Below are positions 45,891 to 57,706 of a stretch of DNA of 64,000 nucleotides, piece by piece; the stretch's first letter is position 1; each line of letters opens with the position of its first letter. Location of the stretch: positions 3,061-67,060 of the forward strand of contig CACFJP010000007.1 in the NCBI GenBank assembly GCA_902566635.1, in the 5' to 3' direction. Position numbers and translations under genes: made by a program. The notes beneath the pieces are model-generated. The model ran no database searches, was not told where the DNA came from, and worked only from the letters and a program-made list of their open reading frames with translations. Source of the stretch: an uncultured Bacteroidota bacterium. GTDB taxonomy: Bacteria > Bacteroidota > Bacteroidia > Flavobacteriales > Flavobacteriaceae.

Positions 45891-46283
45891 ATGAACAATA
45901 ATAAAACAAGCTAAGCACCCATCCTTATCCCCAGAGACAGTTTTGTTGAGGGGTATATCAAATCCATTAGATTAGAATGTCAATTTAATGGAACGATTCA
46001 AACTAAAAGCAAAGTAATCGTAGGAATAGCATCTAACGTAATTGGCGATGTTATCTGTGATAACTTGATGACCTTTGGGAGCGTGAAGGGCAATGTTTTT
46101 TGTACTGGTAGAGTTAAAATATATGAAGAATTCTTTTTGGTCGGGAAAGTATATGCTTTCCCTCTCACGAGTTTAAATAAAAACGAAGACAATTCGAACT
46201 ATATCGTTCAAAATCCCAAATGGGATGTACTGGACAAAATTAGAGGGCTATTATATGATATCACGCCTGAACCTGGACTATAA
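45891..46283 (+). pseudogene. Bactofilin (polymer-forming cytoskeletal protein) gene with an in-frame TAA at codon 8
   Basis: My hand translation of one frame is ATG(45891) MNNNKTS-TAA(45912-45914)-APILIPRDSFVEGYIKSIRLECQFNGTIQTKSKVIVGIASNVIGDVICDNL. This joins the ORF-track product MMTFGSVKGNVFCTGRVKIYEEFFLVGKVYA... (46065-46283). The pattern of G/N-spaced short beta-strands is bactofilin-like. There is no ATG, GTG or TTG in frame between 45915 and 46064. Confidence 0.5.
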
Positions 46284-46454
46284 CGTGATATTTTATTGAC
46301 ACCATAAGATAGACTTTCTACGAGAATGCATTTGCTAAAAAAACCAATCCTGAAGATTTAACCAGCAGAAAAAAAATGTCAAGGCAAAAGTCAAGCTGAC
46401 AATAAACAATAAATAAATGAAACCCTACTGCCATAAAATCACAAACAGAAAAAT

Positions 46455-46480
46455 AAAAAACCAGCCCGAGGGCTGGTTTT
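46455..46480. terminator. Bidirectional rho-independent terminator (serves hsp20 on the minus strand)
   Basis: AAAAAA-CCAGCC-CGAG-GGCTGG-TTTT: a GC-rich 6-bp stem with a tetraloop, flanked by an A-run and a T-run. It lies 4 nt beyond the hsp20 stop. Confidence 0.75.
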
Positions 46481-46483
46481 CAA

Positions 46484-46909
46484 TTAGTTGATTTTGATCT
46501 GTTTTTTAGGCTCAACGGTGGCTTCTTTACGCTTGGGAAGTTCAATTGATAGTAAACCATTTTTATAATTGGCTTTGATGTTTTTTGTATTAATTGTCTC
46601 AGGAACAAGAAAGCTTCGCTGAAATGACGCATAATCAAACTCTTTGCGCATAAATAGAGCATTTTCCTCATTTGATTCTTTTTCAGAAATAGTTGAAATT
46701 GTTAACGTATCTTTTTCTAAAACTACTTCAAAGTCATTTTTTTCTTTACCAGGAGCGACCAGTTCTATGAAAAACGCATTGTTTTTCTCTGTGATATTAA
46801 CTGCTGGAGTTTGATGTGCTCTAGAAGTGACATCAATGCCAAATTCACGATTAAAAAAATCATTAAAAAGCGATGGAAAATAAGGTGTTTTTCTTTGAAT
46901 AATGTTCAT
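46484..46909 (-). CDS. Hsp20/alpha-crystallin-family small heat-shock protein
   Basis: 141 aa. PAVNITEKNNAFFIELVAPG...ANYKNGLLSIELPK is the alpha-crystallin domain pattern. Confidence 0.9.
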   Translation of the reverse strand: MNIIQRKTPYFPSLFNDFFNREFGIDVTSRAHQTPAVNITEKNNAFFIELVAPGKEKNDFEVVLEKDTLTISTISEKESNEENALFMRKEFDYASFQRSFLVPETINTKNIKANYKNGLLSIELPKRKEATVEPKKQIKIN

Positions 46910-47014
46910 AATATTAATTTTTATGTTTTGTAACTATAAATCAAATGATGAGCCAAATAAATAAATATGCCATAATGACATCAATTTAATGATTTTATAT
47001 GACAAAATGTCTAT

Positions 47015-48208
47015 CTAATGAAGGGCTTCCTGTATTTTATCAGCAGCTTCTTGAAACAAAACTGCGGTGTATACATCTAAACCATAGTTGTCAATCAGTT
47101 CTTTAGCGATGTCGGCATTGGTACCTTGTAGGCGAACAATGATGGGGACTTCTATGCTATCTACCATGTTTTTATAGGCATCAATAATACCCTGAGCTAC
47201 ACGATCGCATCGAACAATCCCTCCAAAAATATTGACCAATATGGCTTTTACGTTAGGGTCTTTGAGGATCAATCGAAAAGCAGTTTCAACTCTGGCTGCA
47301 TCGGCAGTTCCTCCAACATCAAGAAAGTTTGCTGGTTCACCTCCTGCCTGCTTGATCAGATCCATTGTTGCCATCGCCAGACCTGCGCCATTGACCATAC
47401 ACCCAACATTGCCATCTAGAGAAACATAGTTTAGACCCACTTCTTTGGCTTCAACCTCTACAGGGTTTTCTTCTCTTAAATCACGAAGTTCCTGAAAGTC
47501 CTTATGTCGAAATAAAGCATTGTCGTCCAAAGACACTTTGGCATCGACTGCCAAGATTTTATCATCTGAGGTTTTAAGGACTGGATTAATTTCAAAGAGT
47601 GAAGAATCAGATTGCAAATAGGCCGAATACAAGGCTGTTACAAAACGTGTCATTTCTTTAAACGCATTGCCCGAAAGACCCAAATTAAACGCAACACGAC
47701 GAGCCTGAAAAGGCATTAAACCAACTGCTGGGTCGATGTGTTCGTTGAAAATCAAATGAGGTGTTTCCTCAGCTACTGTCTCAATATCTACTCCTCCTTC
47801 TGAAGAATACATAATCATATTACGACCTGTCGATCGATTTAGCAATACAGACATATAATACTCCTCTGGCTCAGACGCTCCAGGATAATACACATCCTCA
47901 GCAATCAAAACTTGATGCACACGTTTGCCTTCTGGAGGGGTTTGAGGAGTGACTAAATCCATACCCAAAATACTGTCAACAACCTCCTCGACCTTATCAA
48001 TCCCTTTGGCCAGTTTCACACCACCACCTTTACCTCGCCCTCCTGCATGTATTTGTGCTTTTACAATAAACCAAGAGGTCCCTGTCTCTTCGGACAGCTC
48101 TTGGGCAAGTATTAAAGCGTTTTTGGTGGAACGGGCAACCTTGCCTCTTTGAATGCGAACCCCAAAAGAAGATAAGATTTCTTTGGCTTGGTATTCGTGT
48201 ACGTTCAT
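47015..48208 (-). CDS. sucC: Succinate--CoA ligase (ADP-forming) subunit beta
   Basis: From the ATG at 48208 (MNVHEYQAKEILSSFGV). ATP-grasp block (VKAQIHAGGRGKGGGV) and C-terminal GCMVNGAGLAMATMD...NFLDVGG. Confidence 0.95.
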   Translation of the reverse strand: MNVHEYQAKEILSSFGVRIQRGKVARSTKNALILAQELSEETGTSWFIVKAQIHAGGRGKGGGVKLAKGIDKVEEVVDSILGMDLVTPQTPPEGKRVHQVLIAEDVYYPGASEPEEYYMSVLLNRSTGRNMIMYSSEGGVDIETVAEETPHLIFNEHIDPAVGLMPFQARRVAFNLGLSGNAFKEMTRFVTALYSAYLQSDSSLFEINPVLKTSDDKILAVDAKVSLDDNALFRHKDFQELRDLREENPVEVEAKEVGLNYVSLDGNVGCMVNGAGLAMATMDLIKQAGGEPANFLDVGGTADAARVETAFRLILKDPNVKAILVNIFGGIVRCDRVAQGIIDAYKNMVDSIEVPIIVRLQGTNADIAKELIDNYGLDVYTAVLFQEAADKIQEALH

Positions 48209-48226
48209 TGTATTATTTGTTTGGTG

Positions 48227-48234
48227 CAAAAATA
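48227..48234 (-). promoter_or_regulatory. -7 box TATTTTTG for sucC
   Basis: The plus strand reads CAAAAATA. There are 18 nt between the box and the ATG at 48208. Confidence 0.35.
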
Positions 48235-48350
48235 GAAAACAACGATCGATAACAATAGTCAAATCTATTTTTGTTTTTGTTAAATATATAACATTTTGTT
48301 GTATTTTTATAACAAAGTAAAAAATAATTTGATTTTAGTGAAGACAAAGC

Positions 48351-48358
48351 TAGATTTG
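48351..48358 (+). promoter_or_regulatory. -7 box TAGATTTG for lysA
   Basis: Exact TAnnTTTG match, 16 nt before the ATG at 48375. Confidence 0.35.
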
Positions 48359-48374
48359 TAGCAAATTTTAAATA

Positions 48375-49598
48375 ATGGAAAACTCTGTATTGACATCGAT
48401 AGCAAATCAATTTGGGAGTCCAATATATGTTTATGACACTGAGAAAATAGAACATCAGTACACGCGTTTATCTAAAGCTTTTCAGCATGTATCGCAATTG
48501 CAAATCAACTATGCTGTGAAAGCGCTGTCAAATGTCAATATCCTTAGCTATATGCACAGCTTGGGTGCTGGACTCGACACTGTATCTATTCAGGAAGTCA
48601 AGTTGGGTCTATACGCAGGCGTGCCAGCACAGAAGATCATCTTTACACCCAATGGAGTATCTCTTGAAGAGCTAGAACAAGCAGCTGCACTTGGGGTTCA
48701 AATCAATATCGATAACCTTACCTCACTCGAGCAGTTTGGCAGCAAACACCCTGATGTGCCAGTTTGTGTTCGAATCAATCCCCATGTGATGGCAGGTGGT
48801 AATGCAAATATCTCAGTGGGGCATATCGATTCAAAGTTTGGGATTAGCATCCATCAACTCCCGCACATTATCCGGATTGTCGAAAATACAAGAATGCTTA
48901 TCAATGGGATTCATATGCACACAGGAAGTGATATCCTTGATATTGATGTGTTTTTGCATGCTGCTGAAATTTTGTTTACAACTGCAAAGTCTTTTGATAA
49001 CCTTGAGTTTTTGGACTTTGGTAGTGGGTTTAAAGTCCCCTATCACCCAAATGATATTGAGACCAATGTAGAAGAACTGGGAGAAAAACTAGGAGAACGT
49101 TTTCAGTCGTTTTGTGAAGATTATGGCAAAAACCTGACTTTGGTATTCGAACCAGGAAAGTTTTTGGTCAGTGAGGCTGGGTACTTTCTAACCCAAGTCA
49201 ACGCAGTGAAGCAAACGACCTCAACAGTATTTGCGCAAGTTAATAGTGGCTTTAACCATCTGATTCGACCCATGCTGTATGGCTCACAACATCAAATTAA
49301 AAATATTTCCAATCCAAACGGAAGAGAGAGATTTTACTCTGTAGTGGGCTACATCTGCGAAACAGATACTTTTGCTAACAATCGTAGAATCAATGAAATT
49401 TCGGAGGGTGATATGTTATGTTTTCACAACACGGGTGCCTATTGTTTTTCGATGGCGAGTAACTACAATGCTCGCTTTCGCCCAGCCGAAGTTCTATGGC
49501 ATCAAGGCGAAGCCAAATTGATTCGTAAAGCAGAACAGTTTAAGGATTTAATCCAAAATCAAGTTGTGTTAGACCTCGCTGTATTGAAGGCTTCTTAA
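48375..49598 (+). CDS. lysA: Diaminopimelate decarboxylase
   Basis: GSPIYVYD, PLP-lysine block INYAVKALSN, HMHTGS, FEPGKFLV, GYICETDT. Confidence 0.9.
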   Translation: MENSVLTSIANQFGSPIYVYDTEKIEHQYTRLSKAFQHVSQLQINYAVKALSNVNILSYMHSLGAGLDTVSIQEVKLGLYAGVPAQKIIFTPNGVSLEELEQAAALGVQINIDNLTSLEQFGSKHPDVPVCVRINPHVMAGGNANISVGHIDSKFGISIHQLPHIIRIVENTRMLINGIHMHTGSDILDIDVFLHAAEILFTTAKSFDNLEFLDFGSGFKVPYHPNDIETNVEELGEKLGERFQSFCEDYGKNLTLVFEPGKFLVSEAGYFLTQVNAVKQTTSTVFAQVNSGFNHLIRPMLYGSQHQIKNISNPNGRERFYSVVGYICETDTFANNRRINEISEGDMLCFHNTGAYCFSMASNYNARFRPAEVLWHQGEAKLIRKAEQFKDLIQNQVVLDLAVLKAS

Positions 49599-49706
49599 GA
49601 ATTTACTGAACAATTCTCATTTATCAATTTTCGCTTTTAGGTGTTAAAAAGTTGTTTACACTTACTAATGTCGTAGTTGATTTTAGAGCAGGGTTGCAGT
49701 TCTAAT

Positions 49707-50882
49707 TTACCCAATCACTCCCGACCCAATCAGTTCATCATCAAGATACCAGGCGGCAAATTGCCCTGCTGCTATGGATGACTGTGGCTTGTCAAAGACC
49801 AAATACAAGCCTTTGGCTGTTAGATGAAGGGTTGCTTTTGCCAATGGCTGGCGATAGCGAATGCGTGCCTTTACCACCATTGGTTTTTGGGGAATCAAGT
49901 CTGTTCGTATCCAATGAATATCTTCATGATCAATCCATAATCCATAGCGAAACAGGCCTGAATGCGCTTTTCCTTCGCCTACATAGATGATATTCTCTTC
50001 CACATCTGTAGCCAACACAAATAAAGGTTCTTTGGTGCCCCCAACAGCCAACCCTTTGCGCTGTCCAACAGTGAAAAAATGAGCTCCATTGTGAGTGCCC
50101 ACTTGAAGTCCAACAGCAGAAGTATAGGTATATTTTTCAGCAAAACTCTCTGGTGTATTTTCCCTCTTGGTTTGATACATGGGGTGATCGTCTGGCACTT
50201 GCAGAATTCGACCCTTCCTAACTGCGAGTTGCTGCTGTAAAAAATCTGGCAAACTGACCTTCCCAACAAAGCACAACCCTTGTGAATCTCGCTTCTCGGC
50301 AGTAACCAATCCTTGCTCTTTGGCAATGGTACGCACCTCAGGTTTGGTCAACTCACCTATCGGAAATAGTGTTTTAGATAATTGTTCTTGGTTGAGCTGA
50401 CACAAAAAATAAGATTGATCTTTATTATTGTCCACTGCTGCCAATAACTGGTAATAAGTAGCCCCATCCTTCTCAACTTGCCCTTTTCGACAATAGTGAC
50501 CTGTAGCGATGTAGTCTGCCCCTAACTCCAATGCAATTTTGAGAAACACATCAAATTTGATTTCGCGATTGCACAAAACATCAGGATTTGGTGTTCGACC
50601 ACGTTCATATTCAGCAAACATATAATCGACAATTCTTTGCTTATATTCCTCACTCAAATCCACTGTTTGAAATGGGATACCAAGCTTTTCAGCAACGAGC
50701 ATTGCGTCATAGCTATCTTCTAACCAAGGGCACTCTTTGGAGATCGTAACACTATCGTCATGCCAATTTTTCATAAACAAGCCAATCACCTCAAAGCCCT
50801 GTTGTTGCAACAGAAAGGCTGTAACACTCGAATCGACTCCCCCAGAGAGCCCAACAACGACACGTTTTGAATTGGATTCCAT
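49707..50882 (-). CDS. mnmA: tRNA 2-thiouridine(34) synthase
   Basis: PP-loop [38 protein letters not shown]. Confidence 0.95.
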   Translation of the reverse strand: MESNSKRVVVGLSGGVDSSVTAFLLQQQGFEVIGLFMKNWHDDSVTISKECPWLEDSYDAMLVAEKLGIPFQTVDLSEEYKQRIVDYMFAEYERGRTPNPDVLCNREIKFDVFLKIALELGADYIATGHYCRKGQVEKDGATYYQLLAAVDNNKDQSYFLCQLNQEQLSKTLFPIGELTKPEVRTIAKEQGLVTAEKRDSQGLCFVGKVSLPDFLQQQLAVRKGRILQVPDDHPMYQTKRENTPESFAEKYTYTSAVGLQVGTHNGAHFFTVGQRKGLAVGGTKEPLFVLATDVEENIIYVGEGKAHSGLFRYGLWIDHEDIHWIRTDLIPQKPMVVKARIRYRQPLAKATLHLTAKGLYLVFDKPQSSIAAGQFAAWYLDDELIGSGVIG

Positions 50883-50889
50883 AGCGAAG

Positions 50890-50897
50890 CAAAGGTA
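50890..50897 (-). promoter_or_regulatory. -7 box TACCTTTG for mnmA
   Basis: The plus strand reads CAAAGGTA. There are 7 nt between the box and the ATG at 50882. Confidence 0.3.
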
Positions 50898-50909
50898 ACC
50901 AAAAGATGT

Positions 50910-52703
50910 CTAGCGACGGCGACCTGAACGTCTTTGCTGTTCGGCCTGTTCCATCATCTCTTGCATCTTTCGCTGGAAGCGACTTTGTTTTTTAGGCTTT
51001 TTTTTATTTTCCTCAATCTGTAAAAAGATTTTTTCTTCGTCTATGATATAATTTTTTATCACCAACATAATTCCAATAGTAATCAAGTTTGAAATTAGAT
51101 AATATAAACTCAAACCAGAGGCGTAGTTGTTAAAGAAAAACAGCATCATAATCGGCATGAGATAAATCATAAACTTCATATTGGGCATGCCGGGTTGAGA
51201 GGGTTGCATTTGCTGTCCCATCGTCATTTTTGAATACACAAAAATGGCAATCGATGCCAACAAAGGAAAAAGACTAACATGGTCGCCATAAAAAGGAATT
51301 GAGAAGGGAAGTTGGGCTATGGCGTCGTAAGATGATAAGTCCTCCGCCCACAAAAATGACTTTCCACGAAGTGAAAAGGCAACCGGGAAAAAATAAAACA
51401 ACCCCAAAAAGACAGGCAACTGTAACAAGCTAGGTACACAACCAGCCATTGGGTTTGCCCCTGCTTTGCTGTACAGTTTCATTGTTTCTTGCTGCTTTTT
51501 TGCTCGATCGTTTCCATACTTATCGTTGAGTGCATTGATTTCAGGTCGCAATACTTTCATTTTTGCCTGTGATAAATAAGACTTATACGTCACTGGTGAG
51601 AGTGCCAATCGTACAATAATCGTCATCAAAATAATGGCAATTCCATAGGGAAGAAACCCACTCAACAATCCAAATAGTGGGAAAAACAAAAATCGATTGA
51701 TCCACCCAATAATCCCCCAGCCAAAGGAGATAGATCCTGAAAGATTCTCATCATAAGTCTTTAAAATTTTGTAATCGGTTGGTCCGATAAACCAATCAAA
51801 TGTGGCATTCAGTGCTCCATTTTGAGCAGCAATGGCTGACGATGTTTCAAAGCGTTTTAAATAAATAGATGCGTCGCTAACGTCTTCATTTATGATTGAT
51901 GATGACTCAACATCAATCGACTCAAATTGTGTGGATGGAATGAGTATTATGCTAAAGAAATGCTGTCGATATGAAATCCAAGACACATTTTTATCTCTAT
52001 CAGTATCATCACCCATGGCAGATAGTGCCTGTACTTTATCATCTTCGTACTGATAGGTAAGTTGTGTATATCGGTTTTCATAATCTGCACTTAGTGCATG
52101 GCGAAAACTATCAAGCCTCCAATATAGATTTGTTTTAGATTGGACATTTAAGCCACTCGAACGAATATCAAATTGGAATCGGTAGGCTTCACTTTCCTCT
52201 ATTTCCTTTGAGAGAGTGTAAATAAATTCAAGTATCCCACCTGCTACCTGAGAGCGCATGATCAGTTGATTTCCATCTAGAATTGGTAAAAAATCTAAAT
52301 CTCTAGAGTTAATTAAAGAACCATTTGCTTCTATTCTCAAATTAAAGTCAGTGTTTGCGTCTTTAATAATATAAACCTGCTCATCGAGATAGTTGGTGTA
52401 CGCATTGATTTCGGCCTCTTCAATAAACCCTCCTTTGGAAGTGATTGACAAGCGTAATAATTCATTTTGAATTGTTGTGATTTGCTCTGGAATGGAATCC
52501 ATCAACACTGGCGCATTAATTGTTATAGCCGCCTGTTCGCGTTGTGGGTTGTTGTTAACTGCTTGCGTTTGTGTTGGTACATTGGCTTTCACTTGTGCAT
52601 TTTGCTCCATCATTTCCGACTGGTCATACATCATCCAAATAAGGACGAGGAAAAGCAAAAAGAAGCCAATGATTTGTAAGGGGTCTATTCTTTTTTCTTC
52701 CAT
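50910..52703 (-). CDS. yidC: Membrane protein insertase YidC
   Basis: 597 aa: N-terminal TM, large periplasmic domain, then the conserved 5-TM core (GWGIIGWINRFLFFPLF..., GANPMAGCVPSLLQLPVF) and a basic C-terminal tail. Confidence 0.9.
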   Translation of the reverse strand: MEEKRIDPLQIIGFFLLFLVLIWMMYDQSEMMEQNAQVKANVPTQTQAVNNNPQREQAAITINAPVLMDSIPEQITTIQNELLRLSITSKGGFIEEAEINAYTNYLDEQVYIIKDANTDFNLRIEANGSLINSRDLDFLPILDGNQLIMRSQVAGGILEFIYTLSKEIEESEAYRFQFDIRSSGLNVQSKTNLYWRLDSFRHALSADYENRYTQLTYQYEDDKVQALSAMGDDTDRDKNVSWISYRQHFFSIILIPSTQFESIDVESSSIINEDVSDASIYLKRFETSSAIAAQNGALNATFDWFIGPTDYKILKTYDENLSGSISFGWGIIGWINRFLFFPLFGLLSGFLPYGIAIILMTIIVRLALSPVTYKSYLSQAKMKVLRPEINALNDKYGNDRAKKQQETMKLYSKAGANPMAGCVPSLLQLPVFLGLFYFFPVAFSLRGKSFLWAEDLSSYDAIAQLPFSIPFYGDHVSLFPLLASIAIFVYSKMTMGQQMQPSQPGMPNMKFMIYLMPIMMLFFFNNYASGLSLYYLISNLITIGIMLVIKNYIIDEEKIFLQIEENKKKPKKQSRFQRKMQEMMEQAEQQRRSGRRR

Positions 52704-52709
52704 CTTAGT

Positions 52710-54353
<1,644 letters not shown>

Positions 54354-54357
54354 CTAA

Positions 54358-54365
54358 CAAAAGTA
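54358..54365 (-). promoter_or_regulatory. -7 box TACTTTTG for pyrG-yidC
   Basis: The plus strand reads CAAAAGTA. There are 28 nt between the box and the ATG at 54329. Confidence 0.3.
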
Positions 54366-54392
54366 CAAAACCACCATGACAAATCGATTGGA

Positions 54393-56174
54393 TTATTCAT
54401 TAGTTAATTCTATGGTTTCGTATCCCTTGTGCTGTAGCAAATATGTCGCAGAATTTCGATAACCTTTGGCTTCTTCTCTGTAGAGGAATTTATTTTGAAG
54501 ATATTGGGTTTCTCCAAGCGAAAACCCATCGACCAATTTTTTACGTATTACCGCTCGAAGCGTAAGATCAGTCATCAACTCATATCCTCGTATTGCCTCT
54601 CGGTTGGGTACAATACCATAAGCATCCTTATAGCGTTCATAGAAGCCTGTGAGTGCGACTGGATTGATATTGAATTTTTCTGCATAGGTAAAAGACAAAT
54701 TACCAAGATGTGATTGATCGATATTTTCATCATCATAAGCCGATGAGCGATCTAGAGTGAGCAGTCTTGTTTTCCTATTTTCATTTTGCTGGGCATTCAG
54801 CATCGAAACCATACTAATAATCAAATTGGTTTTTTTTGTTTCAAGAAAGACCCAATTTTCTTCCAAGTTGGAAGTGAGAGAGTCGATAAGTTCAGGCTTT
54901 ACAAAATTGAATTCAGAATCAGGGTTAACGATTTCTGCCAATGGAAACTGTTCTTTCAATCGATTTTGAGTAGCCAAGTTTTCAGCATCAGCAACAATCA
55001 CAATACAAGGGTTTTGGGCTTGCTTATTTAGCGAGTCGATGTATCGATGCATTCGTTCTTTGAGCAGTTTACGATCAGTGAAACTATGCACCACATTTTT
55101 TCGCATTATTAAGGGCTTAGTTGTCAGTGGAGATACCAATGGAACATTTTTCCTTTCAAGTTTTGCACTGACAGTATTAAAATGTCTTGGGACAAAAGGT
55201 CCAACAACAAAATCGAATTTCGAAAAATCATTTGTATCAATAAGCTGATTGACCTTAAAGTTATTGTTCTCTGTGTCATACACTGTAAAGTCGATTGTCA
55301 AACCAAGTTCAATCAAATCTTCCATGGCTAATCTCGCTCCTGCATAAAAATCCAACGAGATTGTTTGCAGGTTTCTGTTTTGTAAAATTTGATTTGTTTG
55401 TTCAATCGAATCAATTGGAACAGTGGGTAATCGAAAAGGTGCCATCAGAGCCACTTTCAATTTGTTTTGTCGGAACAAACTATCACGCAAATTGACCTTT
55501 TCAACAATGAGGTTGTCTTCGATTTTAAACTCATGAGATTCACGCTTAGGAAGACGTAGAATCATCCCAGCGATGAGTCCTTTTTCAGTGAGCTCAGGGT
55601 TCAGGGAGATCAACTCCTCCTCGCTAACGCCAAGCTTTACCTCAAGGCGATAGTATCCCTCTTTTGGCATTACAGTGTAATAGTTATAATTTGGGTCAAA
55701 AGCTTTTGTTTTAATATTAGTTTGTGGTATGATCAACTCTTGCCCTATCGATATCACTGTGCCCATTTCGGGATTTGCTGCTTTAAGTTCGCCGAGGGTG
55801 ATACCATATCTGTAGGCAACGCGCCAAGGGGTTTCTCCATTGGACACCGTATGTGTATTTGCTTGAGACTCTGGCTTTGGTGGTGGTGGTATTTTTTTGT
55901 ATCGTGGGATTTTGAGTTTCATCTTGCGCTTCAATCCATCTTTTAATTCAGGGTTGTAATACAACAACTGCTGATCACTAATTTCATATCGTTTTGTTAG
56001 ACTAAAAATCGTATCGCCTTTTCGGGCTTTATGTATCAAAAAATGTGTTCGATAGTTTTCATGTGGGTCTTGTGCCTGAAGATTTTTAGTCATTAGACAT
56101 AATATAAATCCAAAAAAGATAAACGCAACCCTATTCCCACTCAATTGTGGCAGGTGGCTTAGAACTGATATCAT
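54393..56174 (-). CDS. LysM-repeat peptidoglycan-binding protein with periplasmic-binding-protein-like C-terminal domain
   Basis: Signal-like [20 protein letters not shown]. Three LysM units are present ([28 protein letters not shown]; [28 protein letters not shown]; [28 protein letters not shown]). The only canonical start (ATG 56174) overlaps the guaA 3' end by 44 nt. Confidence 0.7.
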   Translation of the reverse strand: MISVLSHLPQLSGNRVAFIFFGFILCLMTKNLQAQDPHENYRTHFLIHKARKGDTIFSLTKRYEISDQQLLYYNPELKDGLKRKMKLKIPRYKKIPPPPKPESQANTHTVSNGETPWRVAYRYGITLGELKAANPEMGTVISIGQELIIPQTNIKTKAFDPNYNYYTVMPKEGYYRLEVKLGVSEEELISLNPELTEKGLIAGMILRLPKRESHEFKIEDNLIVEKVNLRDSLFRQNKLKVALMAPFRLPTVPIDSIEQTNQILQNRNLQTISLDFYAGARLAMEDLIELGLTIDFTVYDTENNNFKVNQLIDTNDFSKFDFVVGPFVPRHFNTVSAKLERKNVPLVSPLTTKPLIMRKNVVHSFTDRKLLKERMHRYIDSLNKQAQNPCIVIVADAENLATQNRLKEQFPLAEIVNPDSEFNFVKPELIDSLTSNLEENWVFLETKKTNLIISMVSMLNAQQNENRKTRLLTLDRSSAYDDENIDQSHLGNLSFTYAEKFNINPVALTGFYERYKDAYGIVPNREAIRGYELMTDLTLRAVIRKKLVDGFSLGETQYLQNKFLYREEAKGYRNSATYLLQHKGYETIELTNE

Positions 56175-57657
56175 AAACTACTCTATTGATTCCTTTAACT
56201 CGATTAATAATTTTATTGGATACATCCTGCAAAAAGGAGTATGGCAAATTTACCCAGTCTGCAGTCATTCCATCTGTTGATTCAACTGCTCTCAGCGCAA
56301 CACATTTTTCATAAGTTCTCTCGTCACCCATCACCCCAACACTTTGCACTGGAAGTAAAATGGCTCCTGCTTGCCATACCTTACCATACAAGCCCTCTTG
56401 CTTTAGCCCATCAATAAAAATGGCATCAACTTCTTGCAACATTTGAACTTTTTCAGCTGTGATATCCCCCAAAATTCGAATGGCTAAACCAGGGCCAGGA
56501 AAAGGATGACGTCCGAGCAATTGGGCAGATAAGCCAAGGGTTCTACCTACTCTCCTTACCTCATCTTTAAATAGCATCCGAAGTGGCTCAACAACTTTTA
56601 GCTTCATATAGCTAGGTAAGCCTCCAACATTATGATGAGATTTTATTGTGGCTGAGGGGCCTTTAACAGAGACAGACTCAATCACATCAGGGTATATCGT
56701 ACCCTGTGCCAGCCAAGCGATATTTTTCAGTTTAGTTGCTTCATCATCAAAAACATCAATAAAAACTTTTCCAATATGTTTACGCTTTTCTTCTGGCTCA
56801 GACACCCCTGCCAGCGCAGATAAAAAGCGATCACTCGCATCAACCCCTTTTACATTGAGACCTAGTCCTTCATATTGGGTTAGTACATCAGTAAATTCGT
56901 TTTTTCTCAATAACCCATTGTTGACAAAAATACAATGGAGTTGAGAGCCTATAGACTTGTGCAGCAATATCGCAGCTACTGTAGAATCCACCCCTCCAGA
57001 AAGACCCAATACAACATGATCATCTCCTATTTTCTCTTTCAGTGCTGCAATTGTAATTTCAGCAAAAGAGCTCGGTGTCCAGTTTGGAGTCAGGCCAGCA
57101 ATGGAGATCAAAAAGTTTTGCAACAGCTGTTTGCCATCTGTAGTGTGATATACTTCTGGGTGAAACTGAATCCCATATGTTGTTTCCCCATCGATATGAT
57201 ATGCAGCAAAATGCACGTCGTCAGTACTTGCCAAACAAAGACCAGCATTAGGTAGGGATTTGATCGTATCACTATGACTCATCCACACTTGAGAGCCTTG
57301 AGAAATATTCTCAAATAATGGGTCATGAATAATCGTCATGAGCTTGGCACGTCCATACTCTCTAGTGTCAGATGGTGCAACCTCTCCGCCTCCAAAATGG
57401 GCAAGATATTGCGCCCCATAGCAAACCCCAAGTAGTGGTATTTTACCTTTAATTTTTGACAGATCAGGGTGTGGCGCATCATCAGATCGCACTGAAAATG
57501 GGGAACCTGATAAGATGACAGCATCAAAAGACTCGATCTGTTTTGGAAGCTTATTGTAAGGGTGAATTTCACAATAGATGTTCAACTCGCGAACTCGTCG
57601 CGCAATAAGCTGTGTGTATTGGGAACCAAAATCTAGGATTAAAGCCTTGTTTTGCAT
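56131..57657 (-). CDS. guaA: GMP synthase (glutamine-hydrolysing)
   Basis: From the ATG at 57657 ([21 protein letters not shown]). GATase Cys block GVCYGAQ, PP-loop [10 protein letters not shown], and C-terminal PPATIEWE. Confidence 0.95.
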   Translation of the reverse strand: MQNKALILDFGSQYTQLIARRVRELNIYCEIHPYNKLPKQIESFDAVILSGSPFSVRSDDAPHPDLSKIKGKIPLLGVCYGAQYLAHFGGGEVAPSDTREYGRAKLMTIIHDPLFENISQGSQVWMSHSDTIKSLPNAGLCLASTDDVHFAAYHIDGETTYGIQFHPEVYHTTDGKQLLQNFLISIAGLTPNWTPSSFAEITIAALKEKIGDDHVVLGLSGGVDSTVAAILLHKSIGSQLHCIFVNNGLLRKNEFTDVLTQYEGLGLNVKGVDASDRFLSALAGVSEPEEKRKHIGKVFIDVFDDEATKLKNIAWLAQGTIYPDVIESVSVKGPSATIKSHHNVGGLPSYMKLKVVEPLRMLFKDEVRRVGRTLGLSAQLLGRHPFPGPGLAIRILGDITAEKVQMLQEVDAIFIDGLKQEGLYGKVWQAGAILLPVQSVGVMGDERTYEKCVALRAVESTDGMTADWVNLPYSFLQDVSNKIINRVKGINRVVYDISSKPPATIEWE

Positions 57658-57706
57658 GGTCAAAAATACGATTTATCATCATTATGTTTCAAATCACTCG
57701 CTTTTT

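Noticed and set aside
46065-46283. The 72-aa ORF treated as an independent small gene, and the antisense ORF 45998-46192.
   Set aside because: The + frame stays open and bactofilin-like for 50 codons upstream of 46065. It is therefore better explained as the 3' part of an interrupted bactofilin gene. The antisense ORF has no support.
57664-57706. A Fur-box-like AT-rich segment (TTATCATCATTAT) and a TATTTTTG box immediately upstream of guaA.
   Set aside because: Only a half-site-level resemblance to the Fur consensus. The -7-like box would place the transcription start inside the coding sequence if the ATG at 57657 is the start. This is too weak to call.
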